Source: Candidatus Eiseniibacteriota bacterium
Lineage (GTDB): Bacteria; Arandabacterota; Arandabacteria; Arandabacterales; Arandabacteraceae
Direction: 5' to 3'
Assembly (NCBI GenBank): GCA_043810925.1
Contig: JBDRNT010000096.1
Coordinates: forward strand, 1 to 43,434
Length of the DNA: 43,434 bases
How positions within the stretch are numbered: the first letter of the stretch is position 1; each line of letters begins with the position of its first letter. Both the position numbers and the translations under genes were made by a program. Positions 1 to 7,618 of the stretch are shown piece by piece. Below the pieces are notes generated by a model. That model made no database searches. It was not told the origin of the DNA and worked only from the letters and a program-made list of their open reading frames with translations.

Positions 1-150
1 GGTCGGGCACGGAATGTAGTAGTAATACTGGAGAGCGCCATCATACTGCGGCTCCATGCCAAAGTCGTCCTTCAGCTGGTAGGCCTTCTTCTCAAGGCCG
101 AAGGCTGAGGTGGCAAGAACCAGCACCAGCGCGATTACTAAATACTTCAT
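1..150 (-). CDS. Secreted protein, N-terminal 50 aa (runs off window); paralog of 485..1327
   Basis: Not in the ORF track. Manual translation from ATG at 150 gives MKYLVIALVLVLATSAFGLEKKAYQLKDDFGMEPQYDGALQYYYYIPCPT, closely matching the N-terminus of 485..1327 (GLEKKAWQLKDDFGTQPLYDCALQYYYYIPCPT). GGAGG RBS 7 nt upstream; signal peptide. Confidence 0.92.
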   Translation of the reverse strand, partial: MKYLVIALVLVLATSAFGLEKKAYQLKDDFGMEPQYDGALQYYYYIPCPT

Positions 151-297
151 CTTGTTACCTCCCTCATGCAGAATTCGGTCCAAAACCAAGAACCGACAAC
201 AACACATCTTCCTAAAACCAAAACTCCGGATTGCTCACCTCTTCATGAGCGCACCTTCGCTCTGTTGAAGCTGAACACTACTTCCTTCGACCCGAAC

Positions 298-327
298 AGT
301 ATATCACAATCGTCTGAATATTGTCAA
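298..327 (-). promoter_or_regulatory. Sigma70-type promoter for the 1..150 gene
   Basis: Minus strand TTGACA (327-322), 18 nt spacer, TATACT (303-298), with TGn extended -10. Confidence 0.7.
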
Positions 328-391
328 CAAGAAAGATGGAATAGGTGGCAAAGGCAAATGCGATATACCACATTTGCCCCAAGAGCTCTCA

Positions 392-429
392 CCCCACCGG
401 GGGGCGCCCCCGGGCGCCCCCCGGTGGGG
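392..429. repeat. Perfect 18-bp GC-rich inverted repeat
   Basis: ccccaccggggggcgccc (392-409), cc spacer, gggcgccccccggtgggg (412-429). Confidence 0.9.
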
Positions 430-439
430 CAGACCCCAT

Positions 440-469
440 AAAAAAAGGGGGTGCCGGGAGGCACCCCCT
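440..469 (-). terminator. Rho-independent terminator of 485..1327
   Basis: Minus strand agggggtgcc-tccc-ggcaccccct stem-loop followed by a U-tract, 15 nt after the stop codon. Confidence 0.88.
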
Positions 470-484
470 CTGCTAACAGCTATA

Positions 485-1327
485 TTACCTGTAAATCCGC
501 TTAATGTCACCCCAGCTGCTGGGCTCATTGGGTGTGGGACCTGAGCAGATCATATAGATCCTCCAGGCCAACTCAATCGGCCCGAATATTGAGCAGTCGG
601 GTGAGGTGTCACGGCCGTCGCAGAACCACTGCGGCGGGCAGTACGCGGTCGGTGAGGTACCGAAGTAGCCCGAACGAACAGAGGTTCTGGGATAGCTCGC
701 CGGCAGACAGCCTAAGTCATGCATTGCGCAGGCCGTTTCTATCGCCGTTGAGATGTTGTCCATACCCCACGCCGGGTAAATGCCGTTTGTACCCGTCATA
801 GTAGCAGTGACCACTATCTTCGGAGCAGGGTTGCTCGGAGGGTCGATAGAGCACGGTGTAAGACACAGGGGCGGATCAACGACTACATAGTTCCATGCGA
901 AACCAGTCTCTATCGGTCCGCTGTTCCAGAGTGACGGCAAGACCGGGCAACATGAGGCATCCGCACAGTATACATCGAATTCGACCGTGAATAGGCCGGG
1001 ATATACTGTACCGTAGCCCGCAAAATCGAGTATCCTGAACTGTTCCAGGGTGTGGCAGTTAAGGGGATCGCAAGGATCATAACCACCGGTACCCTGGTCG
1101 CCGATATCGAAGCACATACCGACAACGTCCCCCGGATCCCAGCCGGTGTATGACCAGAACCAGGAATAGGTCGGGCACGGTATGTAGTAGTAATACTGGA
1201 GTGCACAATCATAGAGCGGCTGAGTGCCGAAGTCATCCTTCAGCTGCCAGGCCTTCTTCTCAAGACCTGATGCAGTCGAGGCTATAACCAGCACCAGCAC
1301 GAGTACCAAGAGTACGTAGAACTTCAT
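485..1327 (-). CDS. Secreted Cys-rich hypothetical protein (280 aa, 16 Cys) with C-terminal PSSWGDIKRIYR motif
   Basis: Start reassigned to ATG 1327 (MKFYVLLVLVLVLVIASTASG signal peptide; GAGGAGG RBS; matches the paralog start). Terminator follows. Confidence 0.9.
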   Translation of the reverse strand: MKFYVLLVLVLVLVIASTASGLEKKAWQLKDDFGTQPLYDCALQYYYYIPCPTYSWFWSYTGWDPGDVVGMCFDIGDQGTGGYDPCDPLNCHTLEQFRILDFAGYGTVYPGLFTVEFDVYCADASCCPVLPSLWNSGPIETGFAWNYVVVDPPLCLTPCSIDPPSNPAPKIVVTATMTGTNGIYPAWGMDNISTAIETACAMHDLGCLPASYPRTSVRSGYFGTSPTAYCPPQWFCDGRDTSPDCSIFGPIELAWRIYMICSGPTPNEPSSWGDIKRIYR

Positions 1328-1585
1328 GTTTCTTCCCCCCTCCTCATTGTGAGGATTGATACGTGGTTGAATATCCTGTCGCTCGGGCCACGTCAGGCGT
1401 CCGTGCCTGCAGCCTGATCTCACCTCCTTTTCGGATTAGCTTATTTACCAAGTTTTTCACCAGCGAACACTGTAACGTCCGGCGGGATCAGTAGACCCCA
1501 TCTGGAAGCTCAAACACCGCTCTTGTGTGAATATCGGAAAACAGGGCACCGACCTTGAGGCCAATCTGCATGGGGAGCGGTTCAC

Positions 1586-1614
1586 TTGACAAGTCCGGAA
1601 CAGGCATTCATAAT
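1586..1614 (+). promoter_or_regulatory. Sigma70-type promoter for the GT-C/TPR gene
   Basis: TTGACA (1586-1591), 17 nt spacer, CATAAT (1609-1614); GGAGG at 1636-1640. Confidence 0.7.
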
Positions 1615-1647
1615 ACCCGGGAAACAGGAGACATCGGAGGTTTTGAT

Positions 1648-3852
1648 CTGGCTTCATCGCGTTCCAAGCCGAACATTTATATCCTTCTGCTCTGCGTGTT
1701 CGGGGTGGCGATCGCTCTCAGGATCATCTATCTGAGCCACCTGAGAGGTCTTCCGTTCTTCGACCATCCGATCATGGATGCCTCCTACCATGATACATGG
1801 GCCCGGGAGATCGCCGGAGGCAGCCTGAGTCGGGGAGAACCCTTCTACAGAGCTCCGCTTTATTCATATCTTCTCGCTCTCATCTACTCTATCTCCGGAG
1901 GATCATATCTTCTTCCGAGAATTATCCAGTTCGCACTCGGCGGTCTTACAGCGGTGATCACATTCTCACTTACGCGCCGACTCATGGGCTTGACCGCCGG
2001 GGCCGTCGCGGGTTTGCTGTGTGCCGTGTATCCCGTCCTCATCTATTTCGACGGCGAATTGCTCACTGAGACCCTGTTCATCTTCCTGACAATGCTCGGG
2101 ATCCTGCTGATCGACACGGCAAGATCCAAACAGAAGCTCTTGCTCTGGCTCTCAGGTGGGCTGGCACTCGGCCTGTCGCTCATCACAAGACCGACGATAG
2201 CTCTGTTCCTGCCACTGGCGGTTGCCGGCAGTCTCGTAGTCTCAAGACGCAGGATCGCGGCAGCTTTGCTGTTGATCGCCGGGATCGCAATCCCCGTGCT
2301 GCCGGTGGCAATCCACAACTACGCCGTGTCCGGTGAGTTCATACCGGTGGTATGGCAGGGCGGAATCAACCTGTATCTTGGAAACAACCCGGCGGCCGAC
2401 GGATGGAGCGCCACCAGCCCGGAGATCAGGAAAGACTGGTGGGGCGGCTACAGAGATATGATTGCCATACCGCGTAGCGAGATGCAGGAGGAACCTACTT
2501 TCAACCAGGTCTCCGCGTACTGGTCGGATAAGGCGTTCGAGTACATGAGGAGGCACCCTGCCGATTGGTCAAGGCTGATGCTCAAGAAGTCCGCACTCTT
2601 CTGGGGTTCGCTTGAGTTTCCGAACAACCAGGATTACAGTTTCATGAAACTCAACTCGTGGGTGCTTCGAAACCCCATCGTCAACTTCGGAACCGTTGCG
2701 CCGCTTGCGATACTCGGAGTCTTTCTGTTGCTCGGAGCACGCAGACGTCTCCTGTTCCCCTATGCTTTTCTCCTCGCATATTTCGCGGCAACAGTCGCGT
2801 TCTTTGTCTGCTCCCGTTACAGGGCCCCGGCCCTGCCCGTGCTCTGTATCTTCGCAGGAGGCGCAGTGGCCTCGCTGGTCGATCTCTGGAAAACCCGGCG
2901 AGTGGTCACCCTGTCGGTCTGCCTGGTTGCCCTGGCCGGCCTCGCGTTACTTGTCAACACCAACCTGACGGGTGAGCGCCTACCCGATCTCGCCCAGTCT
3001 TACACGCAGGTCGGTAAGGTTTGCGTCGAAAGAGGCGATGACACGGCGGCAGCGGAGTATTTCAGCAAGGCGCTCGAAGTCAACCCGGCGTGGGGTGAGG
3101 CCTATGAACAGCTCGGACTGCTCAAGATGAAGGTCGCAGACAAGGAAGCGGCAAAGGAGCTCCTTACCAGGGCGACCCAGGTCCAGCCCGATATGGCTAC
3201 CGCCTTCCGGTCACTTGCAATGCTCGAGCTCGCAACGGGAGACCCCGAAGCCGCCAGGAGAGCCATTGCCGAAGCCCTGCGGCTTGCACCCTATCTGGAG
3301 GATTCCCACAACATACTGGGCTCGATTCAGAGGCAGGAAGGCGATCTTGACGGGGCGATCATGAGCTTCGCGAGGGAGCTTGAGCTCAATCCGGACAACT
3401 GGAGAGCCCTGGCGAATCTCGGAAGTGCCCACGACGAGAACGGGGATCTTGACGCCGCAGTTGAAGCTTACTCGAGGGCTGTCGAGCTCAACCCGGAAGA
3501 TGCCGACATCGCCTATGCCCTGGCCGGTCTCTACTCCAAAATGGGTGAGCATGGCCTTGCCCGGTCGGTTATCGAGGGCCTGGGTGCCCACGTACCCCAG
3601 GACGTGAATCTGAGTTACAACCGGGCCGTCATACTGCAGAGGGACGGTCACATGGAAGAGGCAGGAACGATCTATGAGAGTATCTTGAGTAAAGTACCAT
3701 CTCATGAAGGGGCACTCGTCAACCTTGGGGTCGTTTACGCCAGGAGCGGTCAGGCCGAACAGGCCCGCGAACTCTGGCTTAGAGCACTCGAGGTCAACCC
3801 ATCCAACGAGACAGCCAGACGTAACCTCGAGCTACTTGACAGGCCGGATTGA
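1648..3852 (+). CDS. GT-C (GT39/PMT_2, ArnT-like) membrane glycosyltransferase with C-terminal TPR repeats
   Basis: Multiple TM helices; PIMDASYHDTWA acidic first loop; PFYRAPLYSYLLA, GINLYLGNNP, RYRAP; about 8 TPR-like repeats after residue ~480. Start uncertain: CTG 1648 chosen from RBS and promoter, ORF track starts at 1555. Confidence 0.85.
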   Translation: MASSRSKPNIYILLLCVFGVAIALRIIYLSHLRGLPFFDHPIMDASYHDTWAREIAGGSLSRGEPFYRAPLYSYLLALIYSISGGSYLLPRIIQFALGGLTAVITFSLTRRLMGLTAGAVAGLLCAVYPVLIYFDGELLTETLFIFLTMLGILLIDTARSKQKLLLWLSGGLALGLSLITRPTIALFLPLAVAGSLVVSRRRIAAALLLIAGIAIPVLPVAIHNYAVSGEFIPVVWQGGINLYLGNNPAADGWSATSPEIRKDWWGGYRDMIAIPRSEMQEEPTFNQVSAYWSDKAFEYMRRHPADWSRLMLKKSALFWGSLEFPNNQDYSFMKLNSWVLRNPIVNFGTVAPLAILGVFLLLGARRRLLFPYAFLLAYFAATVAFFVCSRYRAPALPVLCIFAGGAVASLVDLWKTRRVVTLSVCLVALAGLALLVNTNLTGERLPDLAQSYTQVGKVCVERGDDTAAAEYFSKALEVNPAWGEAYEQLGLLKMKVADKEAAKELLTRATQVQPDMATAFRSLAMLELATGDPEAARRAIAEALRLAPYLEDSHNILGSIQRQEGDLDGAIMSFARELELNPDNWRALANLGSAHDENGDLDAAVEAYSRAVELNPEDADIAYALAGLYSKMGEHGLARSVIEGLGAHVPQDVNLSYNRAVILQRDGHMEEAGTIYESILSKVPSHEGALVNLGVVYARSGQAEQARELWLRALEVNPSNETARRNLELLDRPD

Positions 3853-3892
3853 AGCACCTCGAATCGTCGTGGGGCGAACCCCGAAGCTGGAT

Positions 3893-5569
3893 CTAGTCCG
3901 CAGTCAGATCCCCACTCCCCTTTCCCGGTTGCCGGGTACTCTTACGATACTCCGGCTCGGGCAGGGTGACGCGTCTCAAGAGGTCTTCGTCAATCCAGAA
4001 CCCGACTTCATCCTTCTTCTGCTTCACCCAATCGGCCAGCAGCTCGTTGGCATCTGAGTTTCTTACGAAGCCCATTATCGCCTCCCGGGCTTCTTCGAAA
4101 CTAAGGTGTACCGGTTCAACCAGCTCATCGAGTTTGATGATCTCGATACCCGAGGTAGTGGTGAACGGGGCGCTCACCTCTCCCAAACTCAGGCCACTTA
4201 CCACGGAATCATAGTGTGCGACCATCCCGAAGTTGATCTGCGGCAGCTGCCCACCTTGCTTCGCACTGAGCTCGTCCTGGGAAATCTCAGCTGCAACCTC
4301 CGAGAAGTCCCGGCCTGCATTTATCTCCCTGAGGGCTTTGCGCGCAGCGTCATTGGAGTCCACAAGAATCCTTCTGACCTTGTAGCTCCCGGATGTTCTT
4401 ATGTCGTCTTTTCGCTCCTTATAGTATTCGACCAGATCCTCTTCAGTAACCTCGACCTGGTCCCGGAAGTAGCTTTCCATCAAACCGACCAGGAACTCCT
4501 CTCGCGCATTCCTGGTGGCCCAGGTAACGCTCCGGAGACGATCGAGCCCCAGGTCATACCCGGCACGTGCTTCCAGCGCGGGGAGTATCGTTTCTATTGC
4601 GAACTCCTTCAACGCGTTGTAGTCACCCACGTAGGGCCGCGACTGCATGGGCAACGTGAAGTAGAGGTTATAGAGATCCGCAACACGCACCTCTCCCCCG
4701 TTGTATGTTGCAACCACGTAACTGATCAGCGAATCAGGCGGCCTGCCGCCCGAGAACGATATCTGAAAAGACCTCAGGCCCGCAGCCAGACCCTTCTCAG
4801 GGAACCGGACATCATAGATGCCTGCAATCTCGTTTTCTTCCTTCTCGATCAGCTTCTCTTCTTCCATAGCTTCCGCGAATCGCTGGGAGCGTACTGAGGC
4901 CAGCTCTATCCCGATCCCGAAGGGCTCGGCCTCGGCCAGATAGAATATGTGATATCCGTCGCCGCCTAGCATGACATCGCTGACTTCGCCCGTGTCCAGC
5001 CTGAACACTACGTTCGCGACTTCCCTTGAGAGCTCCTTCCAGATCACCCACCCAAAATCGTTTACCCGCACGTCATCCCGTCCGGTCATAGCGCTCGCGG
5101 CGGTTTCGAAACTCTGTCCACCCCGTAGTTCCTTCAGTGCATCCTGGGCTATCGGGTAAACAGCGAATATCATTTCTTTGAGATGGAGTTTCCGGTCCAG
5201 CTTCTCCTGCCACGGCTTCGTCTTTATTCTCGGCAGCATGATCGCGTTGTCGATCTTCCAGGCGTGGTACGCCTCTGCTACGGCGCCTGATTCGGCGTTC
5301 TTCTCCACCGCCTCCAGATCCTGATCGTATCCCAGACGCAGAGCTTCCTCGGCCAGGTAAAACCGTGCCGCTATATTGTTAACGATGGCCATCCGTGACT
5401 CAAAGGTCTCGTCGTACTTCGAATAGGGTCCGAGCTTCGACACCTCGAACCTCAGATCCTCAACCCTGAGCTCGAAATCACCACCCTTGGAAATCATCCC
5501 ACCACCGCCGCAATCCGAGAGTATGGACACCAGCAGAACCGCAAGAAACAGCATCGAACCTCTTCGCAT
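3893..5569 (-). CDS. PpiC/SurA-type peptidyl-prolyl isomerase / exported chaperone, possible lipoprotein
   Basis: Parvulin motifs (VRRILV, GRDFSEVAAEISQDELSAKQGGQL, GEVSAPFTTTSGIEIIKL) plus a second degenerate parvulin domain. Signal peptide ends at Cys; ATG 5569 with AAGGAGG RBS. Confidence 0.85.
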   Translation of the reverse strand: MRRGSMLFLAVLLVSILSDCGGGGMISKGGDFELRVEDLRFEVSKLGPYSKYDETFESRMAIVNNIAARFYLAEEALRLGYDQDLEAVEKNAESGAVAEAYHAWKIDNAIMLPRIKTKPWQEKLDRKLHLKEMIFAVYPIAQDALKELRGGQSFETAASAMTGRDDVRVNDFGWVIWKELSREVANVVFRLDTGEVSDVMLGGDGYHIFYLAEAEPFGIGIELASVRSQRFAEAMEEEKLIEKEENEIAGIYDVRFPEKGLAAGLRSFQISFSGGRPPDSLISYVVATYNGGEVRVADLYNLYFTLPMQSRPYVGDYNALKEFAIETILPALEARAGYDLGLDRLRSVTWATRNAREEFLVGLMESYFRDQVEVTEEDLVEYYKERKDDIRTSGSYKVRRILVDSNDAARKALREINAGRDFSEVAAEISQDELSAKQGGQLPQINFGMVAHYDSVVSGLSLGEVSAPFTTTSGIEIIKLDELVEPVHLSFEEAREAIMGFVRNSDANELLADWVKQKKDEVGFWIDEDLLRRVTLPEPEYRKSTRQPGKGSGDLTAD

Positions 5570-5691
5570 AACTCCCTCCTTAGATACAAAGCCCACAATC
5601 GTGAAACACACTGTCAAAGGGAATTTGGACCCTGTGGCGAGTTTTTACCACAATAGCGATTAGATTGCAAGGGCGATCAAGTACCTGTAGA

Positions 5692-7560
5692 CTACCGGGC
5701 CATAACCAGCTTCTTCACCATCCTGGAATCGCCGACCATAAGATCGACGAAGTATATCCCGCTCGGCGCAAGGCTCCCGTTCGGATACGCTCCGTCCCAC
5801 GTGAGCTGATCCGGCCCCGGGCTCCGGACGCCGTCTATCAGAGCAGCCACTTCCCGGCCTCTGACATCATAGATCTTCATTGTAACAGGCACGGCGCTCC
5901 CGTATTCACCCGGGACACCATATCTGACCCTGACCCTCGGGCCAAATGGATTCGGGGCCGTCTCGACAAACATCCTTGACCAGACGGGCCGATCCCCGAT
6001 CCCCGACCCGCCGGTAATCGTTACGGTGTCGGATGCAAATGTAAGGTCGTAGAGACCGTAGGTGTGAAACGCCCTGGTTTCCACTACATGGGTCGTCTCC
6101 GAGAGCGCACCCGTCGTAAAGTTATAACCCTCCTTGCCCTCATCCCAGCCGCCATCGTTGGGAGTCGCATCGTACCAGGGACCACCGTCGACCCTGTACT
6201 CCACTCCCGCAATACGATTGAGAGTAATGTCATGCGGGTTGGACTTCCGTGAGTTCAGGTTGGGCAGATACTCAACCCAACTCGAGCCGGCATAAGCGGG
6301 TGTAGCTGTGGAACATGGATCGGGTGCGTACGGGTAAAGCTCCGTCTCCGGGGGGAGATCCATGATGTTGGGTATGCTGTCGCCATCATCATCCCACCAG
6401 CCGATCTGCCCTTTGGTGGAGTTGCATACGCGCGCGTTCGAAAGCGCCACGCTCCTCATTATGCAGAAGATTACGTTCGTGGCACAGCCACCCCCTCCGC
6501 TGGGGTACTCACTGTTCTGGTTCTCGACATTGAGATAACCCGATCTTGCGGTGCATCCCTCAGCACCCGAATAATACTCGTCAAGAGCGAAGAAGCTGTG
6601 GCCGAGCTCGTGCGCGATCACCGCATCCATGTTCGAGATTCCCCAGCCGTCGTTACCGTAGGTCATTACCAGCCGCGGCCCGCCCAACGACGCATAGGCG
6701 AACCTGCCGTCGCTGAACTGGTTATCCCCATCATTGCTGCTGTCCACGACAAGCGCCAGCACGCCCCACTCCGTCCCAAGGGTATTCCTCATGGCATTCG
6801 CGAAGTCCGTATCCCCGACATAGCCCAGATACGTGAGAACCTGGCCCTTCCAGAGGCTTTCCTCAGCCGAGGACCGGGTTATGGGCTCATAGCCCGTGGG
6901 TATGGAATAGTGGAACATGGTGTACCATGTCAGGTCCCGCCACTCCGCCTTGGTAACATACCAGGCAAGACCGGCTATTATCTCACTCGTGACGTTGTCC
7001 TGCTCTGTCTGTGTCCAGTTCTCCGAGTTCGGATCGATCGATCCATCGCTCTCAGGCAGGACCACCCCGAGCGCAACGCTTCCGAGCATGAATTCGCTCG
7101 TATCGTATATCTTTGCTCCCGGCGGCTTAGAGAGCAGCCCGGGACTGTCGGCCGGCACTATGTCATCGACCAGCGGCCTCCGGTCGGGAGACGGTGGAGC
7201 ATCGAGACCCATCTCGCGGGACTTCCCCATATAGACATTGTTCCACGCCGTAATTATGTGGCGGGCCTCGCGACCATACCGGGTGAACTCGCCGGGATCG
7301 AGCTCGCCTGAATGGATCTCGGTGATCGACCCCGTCACAAGGAGGTCGGCTTCCGCGTCATCGGGGATATCTGCGATTATAAAGTGTGGTAATACGACAA
7401 TCCTGGCTTTGCCGCCATAGGCCTCGATTGCCTCGACCGCGTCCTGGGTGACACTCCAGAACGGCTCATCAACCACCACGAGCCTGTTGGATGCGAGAGC
7501 CGGGAGACCGGCAAAAGTGCATAAAACACAAATCATCACGTATGTCTTAAGAAGATTCAT
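5692..7560 (-). CDS. Secreted zinc metallopeptidase with C-terminal FlgD-Ig/T9SS-type sorting domain
   Basis: Signal peptide from ATG 7560; AHELGHSFFALDEY (HExxH...DEY) zinc motif; C-terminal APNPF...KIYDVRGREV...WDG...PSGIYFV...KKLVMAR. Confidence 0.85.
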   Translation of the reverse strand: MNLLKTYVMICVLCTFAGLPALASNRLVVVDEPFWSVTQDAVEAIEAYGGKARIVVLPHFIIADIPDDAEADLLVTGSITEIHSGELDPGEFTRYGREARHIITAWNNVYMGKSREMGLDAPPSPDRRPLVDDIVPADSPGLLSKPPGAKIYDTSEFMLGSVALGVVLPESDGSIDPNSENWTQTEQDNVTSEIIAGLAWYVTKAEWRDLTWYTMFHYSIPTGYEPITRSSAEESLWKGQVLTYLGYVGDTDFANAMRNTLGTEWGVLALVVDSSNDGDNQFSDGRFAYASLGGPRLVMTYGNDGWGISNMDAVIAHELGHSFFALDEYYSGAEGCTARSGYLNVENQNSEYPSGGGGCATNVIFCIMRSVALSNARVCNSTKGQIGWWDDDGDSIPNIMDLPPETELYPYAPDPCSTATPAYAGSSWVEYLPNLNSRKSNPHDITLNRIAGVEYRVDGGPWYDATPNDGGWDEGKEGYNFTTGALSETTHVVETRAFHTYGLYDLTFASDTVTITGGSGIGDRPVWSRMFVETAPNPFGPRVRVRYGVPGEYGSAVPVTMKIYDVRGREVAALIDGVRSPGPDQLTWDGAYPNGSLAPSGIYFVDLMVGDSRMVKKLVMAR

Positions 7561-7588
7561 ATAATCCTCCCTCTTTTTGTCCTTTATA

Positions 7589-7617
7589 AGGTTACCACAC
7601 CCGGACCGTGAAGTCAA
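7589..7617 (-). promoter_or_regulatory. Candidate promoter for the metallopeptidase gene
   Basis: Minus strand TTGACT (7617-7612), 17 nt spacer, TAACCT (7594-7589) with TGn, in the 58-nt gap after wzx. Confidence 0.55.
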
Positions 7618-7618
7618 A

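Noticed and set aside
166-528. Short ORFs 166..441 (+) and 304..528 (-)
   Set aside because: They run across the promoter, palindrome and terminator of the paralog pair; composition is not protein-like.
1328-1423. N-terminal extension of ORF 485..1423
   Set aside because: The signal peptide, RBS and paralog alignment place the start at 1327; the GTG at 1423 lies inside an SD-like motif.
1415-1432. gatctcacctcctttt resembling the 16S rRNA 3' end
   Set aside because: No rRNA sequence around it; better read as an SD-like motif on the minus strand.
3868-3884. Small gggg-cgaa-cccc hairpin between convergent genes
   Set aside because: Short stem and no U-tract on either strand; not enough to call a terminator.
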